Shown one piece after another: positions 8,011 to 16,940 of a stretch of DNA of 64,000 nt (the first letter of the stretch is position 1; each line of letters starts with the position of its first letter). The position numbers were made by a program, and so were the translations under genes. A model generated the notes under the pieces. That model saw only the letters and a program-made list of their open reading frames with translations. It made no database searches and had not been told where the DNA came from. Source of the DNA: a bacterium (lineage in GTDB: Bacteria; Patescibacteriota; Minisyncoccia; Sungbacterales; SURF-37); assembly GCA_030648055.1 (NCBI GenBank), contig JAUSHI010000009.1:112769-176768 (forward strand), written 5' to 3'.

Positions 8011-8047
8011 TTTATCCAAATAAAACCCATCGGCTGTATTTGGATAT
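8011..8047 (+). repeat. Family H hairpin repeat, copy H1
   Basis: tttATCCAAATAaaacccatcggctgTATTTGGATat. A 37-nt copy with 2 mismatches occurs at 41474..41510. Confidence 0.6.
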
Positions 8048-8122
8048 GGGGCATGGAGATGCATAAAGTTGCGTAGTGTTACGCTTACTTGTTGAATTTG
8101 CGTTTTTGACTCCGTTCTCTAA

Positions 8123-8375
8123 TCAATAGCTTTGCAACACTTCGGTCGGCGTTTTGAAGTTTAACTCCAGGTGAGGGCGCTTGATATTGTAATAATGCAG
8201 ATATTCAAGAATTTCTTTGCGATAGCTCTTTAGGCTCCGGGAAATCCGCGGCAGATATCCATTCTATATTGTGCGGTTTAATCTCTCCGGGTGGGGATTC
8301 ATTGTGTATGCCATATCCGTATTTTTACCCCAAGGGTCATTCCATGCTGTTGAACTAGAACGGCGGCTTGTTTTT
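8123..8375 (-). pseudogene. Decayed C-terminal fragment of a DDE (rve-type) transposase
   Basis: Minus-strand translation gives ..LGVKIRIWHTQ*, a frameshift, then ..NPHPERLNRTI*NGYLPRISRSLKSYRKEILEYLHYYNIKRPHLELNFKTPTEVLQSY*. The YYNxxRPH tail is present; the N-terminal part is absent. Confidence 0.65.
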
Positions 8376-8472
8376 TTTAAGTACTGTGGTACAATAATAC
8401 CATAGATCTTTTTCAAAAACGGGCCTTCGCCAGCCCAGAGTAGTGCACGTTTTACAAGGAGAGGAGGTAGAG

Positions 8473-9012
8473 ATGTTCAAGCAGTGGACCAATTTTTCTT
8501 TGACCACAGTGATGATGCTCGTCATCGCCGTCGTGGCAACCGGGTGCGCCACGGTGGGCAAAACCATCGATGCTGGAACGATCGTGGCCCCGGACGGCAA
8601 CCTCCGCTGGACTCACGGAAGCGTGGTCCAGATGGAGGGCACCCAGATCGTGCGTAGCACGACTGAGTCGTGCGATCCTGCCACGGATGCGGCGGGGAAC
8701 ATCATCCCCAACAAGTGGACAAACTGCAGACCGCAGGACCACGCGGCAAGCGTTGCCTCCGGGGTGGACGACAGCCCTGGTATCAAAGCAACGAAAGCCG
8801 CTGTCGAGATCGGCAAAGCCGCGGCCCTCGCCGGTGGCATGGTCGGGGCAGCGGCAGTCCAGCGCCCAGCTAAGACCAATGTAACCCAGACCCAGACCGG
8901 AGCTTCGGCAACCGGTGGGTCTGCCACCAACACGAACACCAGTACCAACAAAAACTGCGCCCAGTCTACGGGTGCGGCTGGCAACAATGCCAGTCCCACG
9001 AACTGCCCTTAG
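8473..9012 (+). CDS. Lipoprotein, Ala/Gly/Thr-rich, in a GC-rich islet
   Basis: ATG 8473 follows GGAGAGGAGG. Signal peptide plus lipobox (VVATGC). The local sequence supports long ORFs in many frames, which is a high-GC signature. Confidence 0.6.
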   Translation: MFKQWTNFSLTTVMMLVIAVVATGCATVGKTIDAGTIVAPDGNLRWTHGSVVQMEGTQIVRSTTESCDPATDAAGNIIPNKWTNCRPQDHAASVASGVDDSPGIKATKAAVEIGKAAALAGGMVGAAAVQRPAKTNVTQTQTGASATGGSATNTNTSTNKNCAQSTGAAGNNASPTNCP

Positions 9013-9070
9013 GCAAGATGGGACTCTCCTTGCGGCTCCCTTGAGCCGCGAGGAGAACACCAAAAAGTAA

Positions 9071-9097
9071 CACGATCCAACGGGTCGTGCTTTTTTT
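9071..9097 (+). terminator. Rho-independent terminator
   Basis: CACGATCC-aac-GGGTCGTG followed by C and TTTTTTT. Confidence 0.6.
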
Positions 9098-9202
9098 AGA
9101 CACCCTTAAATGCTGTATTACAGAAACATGTTATCTCCCTTGAAAAAAAAGATTAATTGTGGTATGGGTGAAATAGTGTTGTTCGTTCACAATGAGGGAA
9201 AG

Positions 9203-10210
9203 ATGGCGAAGATTGTTATTGATACAAAAAAATGTATTGCGCTTACGGAACACATAAAAGAGTTTGGCGGCGTGCCTCCGGATGTGGAGGACCCGCTTCC
9301 ATACGCGTTTCCTGGGCATGTGGCGCATAACGGCTGGTGGGCGATGGTTGCCATCAATCAGCAGACCACACCCGTGGTCGGACAGGCGCTCAAAGGATTT
9401 GTAAAAGGGAGGCCGCTTCGCGGCTGGGACTATCTATTGCAGAAAGCGATCTACGAGACGACGCGACAAAGCGATATGTTTACCCGTGAGTGGCTTTGTG
9501 GTATTACGCCGGAGTGTTTGAAAGAGCTTTATTACGATGATGTAGAGGGCGACACGCTTTCTCAAGTGGAAGTTCGCGCCTCACTTCTTCAGGACCTCGG
9601 GCGTTTCCTTGAGCGTCACAATTGGACTTCAGTGCATGAGGCCTATCTCGCGTCCGAAGGATATATTCTGCGAAGCGACGGCAATGGCCTCGCGCAGATT
9701 CTTGCCGAGACTAAGGCTTATCAAGACCCGGTGCAGAAGAAACTTTTTTATCTTCTCGCTATTATGCGGAATCAAAAGTTTTGGGAGTACGTTGACAGCA
9801 TTTATCTTTCCTCGCCGGTTAACTACCATGAACAGCGTTTGCATCTGCGGCTTGGAACAGTACGTCTGCTTGATGCCTCGCTTGAGCGGAAGATTCGGGC
9901 GCGAGAAAACATTACCGACCAGGAAGATATTGAAATCCGTTTTGCTGTCAGAAAAGCCATTGAGTTCATAGCCCAGCTTCTTGATGTCACGCCGTCCATG
10001 ATGCATTACTTTCTTTGGAACCACGCCAGAAATTGTTGTAGCAGAGACAATCCGCATTGTGAAGGATGCGGAACGGACTGCAAGTTGCCGGAACGTTACC
10101 GTCTTGCGCCGTATCATAATTGCATTTTCAGACAAGTATGCCCCAGTGCGGGGGATCCGCCCTCATCCATGTTTATTGAGCCGCGAGTTGATACCACTAT
10201 TTGGCAATAA
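9203..10210 (+). CDS. HhH-GPD/AGOG/Qng1(DUF2419)-like N-glycosidase-like protein with a C-terminal Cys cluster, paralogue 1
   Basis: PVNYHEQRLHLRLGTV..EDIEIRFAVRKAIEFI resembles the DUF2419/AGOG pattern. C-terminal CSRDNPHCEGCGTDC..NCIFRQVC gives C-x6-C-x2-C. ATG 9203 has a GAGGGAAAG RBS. Confidence 0.5.
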   Translation: MAKIVIDTKKCIALTEHIKEFGGVPPDVEDPLPYAFPGHVAHNGWWAMVAINQQTTPVVGQALKGFVKGRPLRGWDYLLQKAIYETTRQSDMFTREWLCGITPECLKELYYDDVEGDTLSQVEVRASLLQDLGRFLERHNWTSVHEAYLASEGYILRSDGNGLAQILAETKAYQDPVQKKLFYLLAIMRNQKFWEYVDSIYLSSPVNYHEQRLHLRLGTVRLLDASLERKIRARENITDQEDIEIRFAVRKAIEFIAQLLDVTPSMMHYFLWNHARNCCSRDNPHCEGCGTDCKLPERYRLAPYHNCIFRQVCPSAGDPPSSMFIEPRVDTTIWQ

Positions 10211-10221
10211 GTAAAACATTA

Positions 10222-10246
10222 AGCCCGCTCTACGCGGGCCTTTTTT
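10222..10246 (+). terminator. Rho-independent terminator between the two paralogues
   Basis: GCCCGC-tctac-GCGGGC followed by C and TTTTTT. Confidence 0.65.
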
Positions 10247-10478
10247 ATCGCTCACAACCAAGCTCATTATTCTTAAATTACGTTTTAACTGGCTATAGCT
10301 TACTAAAACATGTTATTTGCAATAGCCACTGAATATTAAAAAACGTTATGGAAACCCAAGGATCGGATACGCGACAAAAAACCATTGAACCATTACCCGT
10401 CTTAATTGCTTCACCGAGGTTTCTGTGATAAGAAATAGTAATGTTCGTTTACATAGTAGAGAAAGGAGTTTTTGGCAT

Positions 10479-11504
10479 ATGGTGGCCCTTGATCATGTAC
10501 GGTGTCGCGCGCTCGGTAAATTCTTCAAAGAACTTCGGTTTCCGGAGGCGGCCAAAATTGATCCGCCGGGAGATCTGTCGGGGCCAGACCTTCGCATGCT
10601 TTATTTTATTGTGGTGGCGATTTGCCATCAGACGAGTCCTATTGGCAAGCCGCGGCTTGCGGGCATGGTCAATGGGCGGCTTCTTTTCGGATGGGACTAC
10701 TTGTGTGCCTCCTGGTTAGCTGCGGCAAAAGCCGACCCATCAATTCTTACTCCCGGGTGGCTGATGTTTACCCAAGCAAGCGATATCATCTATCTGCTTT
10801 ATGATAGTCACCGGCATTGTGGGTCGCATATTACAGATTCCGAGGGGCGGGCCAAGCTTCTGCGCGATATCGGATTTCGGATGTACTGCGACGGGGTTGG
10901 GCACATTGATGAATATTACAAAAAGGCCGATGGGTACCTTTTGGACGTTTGGTTTAGCCCCAGTGTCCATACGCCAGGGCTTGAATCGTTGTTCTCTAAG
11001 TTTGAAGCCTACGGAAAAGACCCGGTAAAGAAGAAGCTAACTTATTTTCTTACTTTGATGAATCGCTACGGCTTTTGGCGGTATCGTGATATTCATCATC
11101 TTGGTGTTCCGGTTGATTATCACGAGGTGCGTTTGCATTTGCGCCTTGGGACGGTCAAAATTACGGATACGGCGCTTGCAGCAAAAGTTGCGGCATGTAC
11201 GGTGCTGAATGCCGAGGAAGATGTTTGTATCCGTAGCGCGACCCATCGGGCAATTGTTGAAATCTCCGAGTTTTCAGGACGAATGCCGGCAGACATTCAT
11301 AATTTCTTTTGGAACATGGCGCGGAATTGTTGTATGAGAGATAAAACACATTGCGCGGAGTGCGGAAGCCACAGCGCGCTTCCGGAACGTTACGCGGGAT
11401 TGCTTGCCGAAGGGCGATGTGTCTTTGCTAACCATTGTGCGAGCGTTTCGTTGGCGCACTCTGAAAAACCGAAAGAGCCTGTTGTTGATACCGATTTTTA
11501 TTAA
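10479..11504 (+). CDS. HhH-GPD/AGOG/Qng1-like N-glycosidase-like protein with a Cys cluster, paralogue 2
   Basis: Collinear with 9203..10210: PVDYHEVRLHLRLGTV, FFWNMARNCCMRDKTHCAECG..RCVFANHC. ATG 10479 follows AAAGGAG. Confidence 0.5.
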   Translation: MVALDHVRCRALGKFFKELRFPEAAKIDPPGDLSGPDLRMLYFIVVAICHQTSPIGKPRLAGMVNGRLLFGWDYLCASWLAAAKADPSILTPGWLMFTQASDIIYLLYDSHRHCGSHITDSEGRAKLLRDIGFRMYCDGVGHIDEYYKKADGYLLDVWFSPSVHTPGLESLFSKFEAYGKDPVKKKLTYFLTLMNRYGFWRYRDIHHLGVPVDYHEVRLHLRLGTVKITDTALAAKVAACTVLNAEEDVCIRSATHRAIVEISEFSGRMPADIHNFFWNMARNCCMRDKTHCAECGSHSALPERYAGLLAEGRCVFANHCASVSLAHSEKPKEPVVDTDFY

Positions 11505-11558
11505 GCATTTGCAGTTGTTCGCTCGGCTCGGAGACAAAATGGAGAGGAGGGGAGACAA

Positions 11559-12017
11559 ATGAGTATATCATTTAGTATATTATTGGAAGAGCGACGGATG
11601 CAGTTAATATGGTTAATAAAGATAATGTTTAACGCTTGCTGGTCGCGCGAGACAAGCTCTGACCCTGACGGCTGGACTCCAGAAAACTCTTCGTACGGCC
11701 ATTGCGCACTTGCCACGCTTGCCGCGCAAGAAATGTTTGACGGTAAACTTTTGCGTTATGACCTTAAGGGCACTCCTTATGAGCACATGGGGTCGCATTA
11801 CAAGCTTCGTTTGCCTGACGGTATTATTCTGGATTTCACCGAGGCGCAGTTTCAAGGAAAGCCTCCGGTATGGGGCGAGCCGAAAGTGCGTACTCGTGAT
11901 GAACTTCTTGACCCGGCAATAAATCCGAGAAATCAGGAAACACGCGACCGTTACACGCTTTTCATGCGCCACATTAACTCATGGCTGACAGAGATTGAAA
12001 AAGTACCCAAAAGATAA
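11559..12017 (+). CDS. Hypothetical protein (YunG-like pattern)
   Basis: 152 aa. GGAGAGGAGGGGAG RBS. CWSRETSSDPDGWTPENSSYGHCALATLAAQEMFDG resembles the YunG family from memory only. Confidence 0.5.
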   Translation: MSISFSILLEERRMQLIWLIKIMFNACWSRETSSDPDGWTPENSSYGHCALATLAAQEMFDGKLLRYDLKGTPYEHMGSHYKLRLPDGIILDFTEAQFQGKPPVWGEPKVRTRDELLDPAINPRNQETRDRYTLFMRHINSWLTEIEKVPKR

Positions 12018-12018
12018 A

Positions 12019-12040
12019 GGCGAAAAACTTCGCCTTTTTA
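12019..12040 (+). terminator. Rho-independent terminator
   Basis: GGCGAA-aaac-TTCGCC followed by TTTTT. Confidence 0.65.
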
Positions 12041-12147
12041 TTTTTTATTATAAATTTATGGGATGCGGACGGGCGAGTTGAGTTTTTTGGAATAGGCTGG
12101 TGAAAGTTTGTTATTTCAAGATTAATTTTAAATGCATGACACGCGGG

Positions 12148-12176
12148 TTGACCCCCCTTTTTTTATTTGCTACTAT
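12148..12176 (+). promoter_or_regulatory. Sigma70-type promoter of the str operon (TTGACC-17-TACTAT)
   Basis: -35 TTGACC at 12148 and -10 TACTAT at 12171 with a 17-nt spacer. The -10 ends 7 nt before the rpsL ATG. Confidence 0.5.
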
Positions 12177-12183
12177 TTTCTCC

Positions 12184-12597
12184 ATGCCCACGATCAATCA
12201 ACTTTTAAGAAAAGGCAGGAAATTATCAATTTATAAGTCCAAAGCGCCCGCACTCCAGCGTGGTTTTAACATCAGACAAAACAGGCCGACTCTTTTTTCT
12301 TCACCCTTTAAACGAGGGGTGTGCGTGAAAGTCACAACCATGACTCCGAAAAAACCAAATTCCGCGCTTAGGAAAGTTGCGAGGGTGCGCTTGACCAACG
12401 GCATGGAAGTAACGGCTTATATCGGAGGCGAAGGGCATAATTTGCAGGAGCACTCTGTGGTTTTGATTCGCGGTGGCAGGGTGAAAGATCTTCCAGGAGT
12501 CCGTTATCATATTGTCAGAGGCGTTCTTGATACGACCGGAGTAAACGCCCGCAAACAGCAGAGAAGTAAATATGGCGCTAAACGGCCTAAAACATAA
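12184..12597 (+). CDS. rpsL: 30S ribosomal protein S12
   Basis: [13 protein letters not shown].. start (M29 of the track ORF); [15 protein letters not shown] motif. Confidence 0.95.
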   Translation: MPTINQLLRKGRKLSIYKSKAPALQRGFNIRQNRPTLFSSPFKRGVCVKVTTMTPKKPNSALRKVARVRLTNGMEVTAYIGGEGHNLQEHSVVLIRGGRVKDLPGVRYHIVRGVLDTTGVNARKQQRSKYGAKRPKT

Positions 12598-12622
12598 AGC
12601 ATGAAGCATAAAACAAAATTGT

Positions 12623-12650
12623 ATGTTTCAGGTTTTATGTTTCAGGTTTT
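12623..12650 (+). repeat. Perfect 2 x 14-nt tandem repeat in the S12-S7 spacer
   Basis: ATGTTTCAGGTTTT twice, ending 9 nt before the rpsG ATG. Confidence 0.9.
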
Positions 12651-12659
12651 ATAATTTTT

Positions 12660-13127
12660 ATGCGAAGAAAAAGAAACATAAAACGGGAAATACCGCCCGA
12701 TCAAAAATATCAAAGCGCTCTCGTGCAAAAATTCATCAACTACGTGATGTATGAGGGCAAAAAATCCGTAGCCGAGAAAGTCGTTTACAGGGCTTTTGAT
12801 ATAATAGAAAAGGAACAAAAACAGGACCCGGTCGCGGTTTTTAATCTTGCTATTCAAAACGCCTCGCCACTTTTGGAAGTTCGTTCCCGGAGAGTTGGAG
12901 GCGCGAATTATCAGGTTCCTCGTGAGGTCCGCGGAGAGCGCAAACTTTCGCTCGCGTTCCGCTGGATTATAGGGGGGGCAAGGGCAAAATCCGGAACGCC
13001 GATGGCTAAGCGCTTGGCTGAAGAAATATCGCTTGCCGCGAAAAGCGAAGGAGTTGCCGTGAAGAAAAAGATGGATATGCATAGAATGGCTGATGCCAAC
13101 AAGGCTTTCGCTCATTTTGCGTGGTAG
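12660..13127 (+). CDS. rpsG: 30S ribosomal protein S7
   Basis: 155 aa. Typical S7 sequence: PDQKYQS..VQKFINYVMYEGKKSVAE..GGANYQVP. Confidence 0.95.
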   Translation: MRRKRNIKREIPPDQKYQSALVQKFINYVMYEGKKSVAEKVVYRAFDIIEKEQKQDPVAVFNLAIQNASPLLEVRSRRVGGANYQVPREVRGERKLSLAFRWIIGGARAKSGTPMAKRLAEEISLAAKSEGVAVKKKMDMHRMADANKAFAHFAW

Positions 13128-13340
13128 TGACGCTCGTCATCCTGTAAAATTTTTCAACTCGGGCTCGGGACAAATACGCTTCGCGCGCTTCGCAAAACGA
13201 TTCGGAAAAATTCAAACTCAACCTCGCTTCGCTCGGGATTCAAACAGTAAATTTTTCCGGTTTTGCTCATCCGCTTCGCTATTTGTCAGCTGATCTCTCG
13301 GAATGAAAAATTTTGCAGGACGGCTCGCTTAGATGAAAAT

Positions 13341-13886
13341 ATGACGGAACGCATCCCCGAACAACCCGAAGAAAATCTTCCGGATTGGGAAGAATTGAAT
13401 GATCCCAATCTTGACCCCGGTTTTCGGGAAGATCTTTTAGGACTTGCCAAAATAGACGAGAAAGAATTTTGGTCGGACGAAGGGCTTGCTCGGCGTCTTC
13501 AGGAAGATAAAGAAAATACTTTCGCGCCAAGTTTTTGGATGGGCACGCTTATTCTTTTAGAATCGCATGGCCTGTCAAAAAATAAAGATGTGCTGGATAG
13601 GTTTAACGCATTGTCGGACAGTTTTACCGGGGTGAAGCAGCGCGCAAGTATTGAAGAGCAGGTTCATGATATTCAGGAATTAAAAAAATATCTTTTATCG
13701 CTTGGAATAAGTGAAAAAAATGTAAGCGGTAAAGAAACTCTGCATCGCGCATATTGGGGGCGCGTTGCGCCCGGAAGTGAAGAAGCGCTTCGCATATTGC
13801 AAAACATTGCTATGGAAAACCCAAATTTTAGGAAAAAATTAGAAGAATTTGATAGAGAAGCGCGTGAGCGCGAACGCGGCGGATAG
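13341..13886 (+). CDS. Hypothetical acidic protein inserted between rpsG and fusA
   Basis: ATG 13341 (M27 of the track ORF). 181 aa, no recognisable motif, no clear SD. Confidence 0.5.
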   Translation: MTERIPEQPEENLPDWEELNDPNLDPGFREDLLGLAKIDEKEFWSDEGLARRLQEDKENTFAPSFWMGTLILLESHGLSKNKDVLDRFNALSDSFTGVKQRASIEEQVHDIQELKKYLLSLGISEKNVSGKETLHRAYWGRVAPGSEEALRILQNIAMENPNFRKKLEEFDREARERERGG

Positions 13887-13899
13887 GAAATAAATCCCC

Positions 13900-14009
13900 A
13901 TTCCTTCCTGCGGGGTATTGATTCCGCAGGAAGGAATCAACTAACTTCACATTCGTTCATCCTTACGGTAAGGTCACGGGGTTTCTGGGAAGGTGCGGGG
14001 ATAAATTTT
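13900..14009 (+). repeat. Family R repeat copy 1, with a 14-bp hairpin, abutting the fusA start
   Basis: Hairpin ATTCCTTCCTGCGG/CCGCAGGAAGGAAT, then GGAAGGAAT..TAACTTCACA..GAAGGTGcGGGGATAAATT, which recurs at 50973..51068. Confidence 0.55.
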
Positions 14010-16127
14010 ATGGCAAGAGAATATCCAATTGAAAGAACGCGCGATATCGGAATTATCGCGCACATTGATGCCGGCAAAACAACCGTGTCTGAACGGATTC
14101 TTTTTTATACCGGCGTTTCTCATAAAATCGGCGAGGTGCACGAGGGTACGACCGTGATGGATTGGATGGAACAGGAGCGAGAGCGCGGCATTACGATTAC
14201 CGCGGCCGCCACTACTTGCTTTTGGAAACTTACGCGCACTACTGATGATGGAGGGAAAAAATCTGGGGGCGAATACCGGATAAATATCATAGACACCCCG
14301 GGGCACATTGATTTTACCGTTGAAGTACAGCGCTCACTTAGGGTTCTTGACGCCGCGGTTGTTGTTTTTGACGGTGTCGCCGGGGTTGAACCGCAGTCGG
14401 AAACAGTCTGGAGGCAGGCCGATAAATTTCATGTGCCGAGAATTTGTTTTATCAATAAACTTGACCGCATTGGCGCGTCTTTTGAGCGCTCGCTTAACTC
14501 CATTTACGAGCGGCTCACACCCCATGCGGTTCCGGTGTCAATTCCCATAGGCCTTGAGCAAGAGCACGAAGGTGTGATTGACCTTATGCGAATGAAGTCG
14601 GTTAAATTTTTGGGAGAGCACGGCGAGAGGATAGAGCTTGAAGAAATTCCCGTGGCATTAAAAAGTTACGCGGATGAATGGCGCCACAAAATGGTTGAAA
14701 AAATCGCGGAAACCAATGACGCGCTTACGGAAAAATATTTGGAAGCAAAAGAAATTTCGGAAGAAGAATTAAGAAAAGCGCTTAGAACGGCGACTTTGGC
14801 CTATCGGCTGGTGCCGGTGTTTTGCGGCTCAGCCCTAAAAAATAAAGGCGTTCAGCTGGTGCTTGACGGCGTTATAGATTATTTGCCCTCCCCGAGCGAA
14901 CTTCCTGATATCAAAGGAACAAATCCGCAAAGTGGAGCAGAGGAGACGCGCGAGGCGAAGGATGACGCTCCGTTTTCCGCGCTTGCTTTTAAATTGCAAT
15001 CCGACCCTTATGTCGGCCAACTTACTTTTTTCCGGGTTTACTCCGGAACGCTTAAGGCCGGCTCCTATGTTTTAAATTCAGTCAAGGGCGAGCAGGAGCG
15101 CGTCGGCCGTATTTTGCGGATGCACGCCAATACCCGCGAGGAATTGAAAGAAATTGAGGCCGGAAACATCGGCGCGTTGGTCGGTCTTAAAAATACTCAT
15201 ACCGGAGATACGCTTTGCGATCCTGAAAAACCGATAGTGCTTGAAAAAATTGTTTTTCCTGAACCTGTCGTTGGTCTTAAGATTGAGCCGAAAACAAAAG
15301 CCGACCAGGAAAAAATGGGTTTGGCGCTCCGCCGTCTTTCCGAGGAAGACCCGACTTTCAGAATTAAAGGGGACCCCGAAACCGGCGAGACCATTATTTC
15401 AGGAATGGGTGAATTGCATTTGGAAATTTTGGTTGACAGGATGAAACGTGAATTTAATGTTGAAGCGAATGTCGGCCGCCCGCAGGTCGCCTACAAAGAA
15501 ACGATTAAGAAATCCGCCGAGGCCGAAGGCAAATATATTCGTCAGTCCGGGGGAAGGGGTCAATATGGCCACGTATGGTTGAGAGTAGAGCCGCAGGAAC
15601 GAGGCAAGGGTTTTGAATTTGTAAATGAAATTAGGGGCGGCACTATTCCTCAAGAATTTATCCCCGCGGTTGAAAAGGGTGTTAAAGAGGCAACAGAAAG
15701 AGGCGTTTTGGCGGGTTATCCAGTTGTAGACATTAAAATTGCACTTTATGATGGTTCTTATCACGATGTTGACTCTTCAGAGGCGGCGTTCAAAATCGCG
15801 GCTTCCATGGCTTTTCAGGAAGGAGCGAAAAGAGCCGGTCTTGTTATTTTGGAGCCGATTATGCGGATTGAAGTTGTAACTCCGGAACAATTTTTGGGCG
15901 AGGTAACGGGGGACTTGAATTCCAAGCGCGCGCGCATTGAAGAAATGCATGACCATGGTCTCGGTATAAAAGCGATTGACGCCAAAGTTCCGCTTTCAGA
16001 AATGTTCGGTTATGTGACTATTTTGAGGTCGTTGACGCAGGGCCGTGCTAGTTTTACTATGGAATTTGACCACTACGCGGAAGTTCCGAATAATGTTGCG
16101 CAACTCATTATAGAAGGCAAAAAGTAG
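14010..16127 (+). CDS. fusA: Elongation factor G
   Basis: 705 aa. [18 protein letters not shown] GTPase motifs and full EF-G domain order. Confidence 0.97.
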   Translation: MAREYPIERTRDIGIIAHIDAGKTTVSERILFYTGVSHKIGEVHEGTTVMDWMEQERERGITITAAATTCFWKLTRTTDDGGKKSGGEYRINIIDTPGHIDFTVEVQRSLRVLDAAVVVFDGVAGVEPQSETVWRQADKFHVPRICFINKLDRIGASFERSLNSIYERLTPHAVPVSIPIGLEQEHEGVIDLMRMKSVKFLGEHGERIELEEIPVALKSYADEWRHKMVEKIAETNDALTEKYLEAKEISEEELRKALRTATLAYRLVPVFCGSALKNKGVQLVLDGVIDYLPSPSELPDIKGTNPQSGAEETREAKDDAPFSALAFKLQSDPYVGQLTFFRVYSGTLKAGSYVLNSVKGEQERVGRILRMHANTREELKEIEAGNIGALVGLKNTHTGDTLCDPEKPIVLEKIVFPEPVVGLKIEPKTKADQEKMGLALRRLSEEDPTFRIKGDPETGETIISGMGELHLEILVDRMKREFNVEANVGRPQVAYKETIKKSAEAEGKYIRQSGGRGQYGHVWLRVEPQERGKGFEFVNEIRGGTIPQEFIPAVEKGVKEATERGVLAGYPVVDIKIALYDGSYHDVDSSEAAFKIAASMAFQEGAKRAGLVILEPIMRIEVVTPEQFLGEVTGDLNSKRARIEEMHDHGLGIKAIDAKVPLSEMFGYVTILRSLTQGRASFTMEFDHYAEVPNNVAQLIIEGKK

Positions 16128-16150
16128 CGCCTCGTTTATAAAAGGATATT

Positions 16151-16173
16151 AAAAAGCGGCATTTGGATGCCGC
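16151..16173 (-). terminator. Terminator of the minus-strand 83-aa gene (hairpin also follows fusA)
   Basis: GCGGCAT-ttgg-ATGCCGC. The U-run is present only on the minus strand (plus-strand AAAAA at 16151..16155). Confidence 0.55.
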
Positions 16174-16188
16174 ACGTTGAGGCCGTTT

Positions 16189-16440
16189 TTACGAGAAGAG
16201 TTTTTCCAGAAGGCGGCGGATGAGAGTTTTGCGGGGAGGAGGGAATTTTAGATAGCCGAATTTATAAATGTAAAAATAGTTTATTTTTCTTTTGATCTCG
16301 GCAATTTCTGCCGGGGCGGCATGGCGGGCTTCCGCATCACGCAGTTCTTCCAAAAGTTTTTTATGTTCATCAAATACTTTTTGGGGCGGAACAAGCGCGG
16401 TCCATCCTCCACTCGGCGGATATTTTCCGGTCATTCCCAT
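16189..16440 (-). CDS. Hypothetical small protein, antisense to the str operon
   Basis: 83 aa. AAGGGGA RBS 6 nt upstream of the ATG on the minus strand. Confidence 0.55.
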   Translation of the reverse strand: MGMTGKYPPSGGWTALVPPQKVFDEHKKLLEELRDAEARHAAPAEIAEIKRKINYFYIYKFGYLKFPPPRKTLIRRLLEKLFS

Positions 16441-16522
16441 AATTGTCCCCTTGTTGTATAAAGAACATTATAAGGCGAGTATACACTACATTTTATAAAA
16501 TTCAAATAAAAATTATTTTAAT

Positions 16523-16936
16523 ATGCCTTTCCCATTCAAAAATTTTATCCCGTTAGAGATAGGAAACGCCCAAGGCGTTTCCGTAGCTATGATGCTGGCA
16601 GTATATCGCCGGTGTTTTCTCTACTCTGGGCAGGATGATAAAAAAATAAGGTTTGGATCTCTAACGGGATCCATAAAAAAAGGGGAAAAATACATTATGG
16701 TTGAAAACGGCAAGCCCGAATACGTGGTCATGCATTATGATGATTATGCCGAACTTATTGAAAGAAAAAATGTTGAGAATATGAATATGGTCGGGGATAG
16801 TTCTTTTGGCTTTCCTTCTGAAATAAAAAACGTGGCAATTCGCAACGAGGACACCTTTGTCCCAAAGGCCGCGTTTTTTGGCTCTAATTTGCCGCAGGAT
16901 ATTTCTAAAATTCGTCTTGAAGATTTGCCGTTATAA
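16523..16936 (+). CDS. Hypothetical protein with a Phd/YefM-antitoxin-like segment
   Basis: KKGEKYIMVENGKPEYVVMHYDDYAELIE resembles the Phd/YefM core. The start codon is uncertain. Confidence 0.4.
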   Translation: MPFPFKNFIPLEIGNAQGVSVAMMLAVYRRCFLYSGQDDKKIRFGSLTGSIKKGEKYIMVENGKPEYVVMHYDDYAELIERKNVENMNMVGDSSFGFPSEIKNVAIRNEDTFVPKAAFFGSNLPQDISKIRLEDLPL

Positions 16937-16940
16937 TCAT

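Noticed and set aside
8452-9063. Several long ORFs (203, 104, 128 and 67 aa) overlapping the lipoprotein gene on both strands
   Set aside because: Typical stop-poor shadow frames of a GC-rich segment. Only 8473..9012 has an RBS, a signal peptide and a lipobox.
13128-13340. GCTTCGC-rich spacer after rpsG, considered as a degenerate gene fragment or another repeat family (similar GCTTCGC/CGCTACGC motifs occur at 19990-20100)
   Set aside because: No consistent reading frame and no alignable long match elsewhere in the window. Recorded only as low-complexity or structured spacer.
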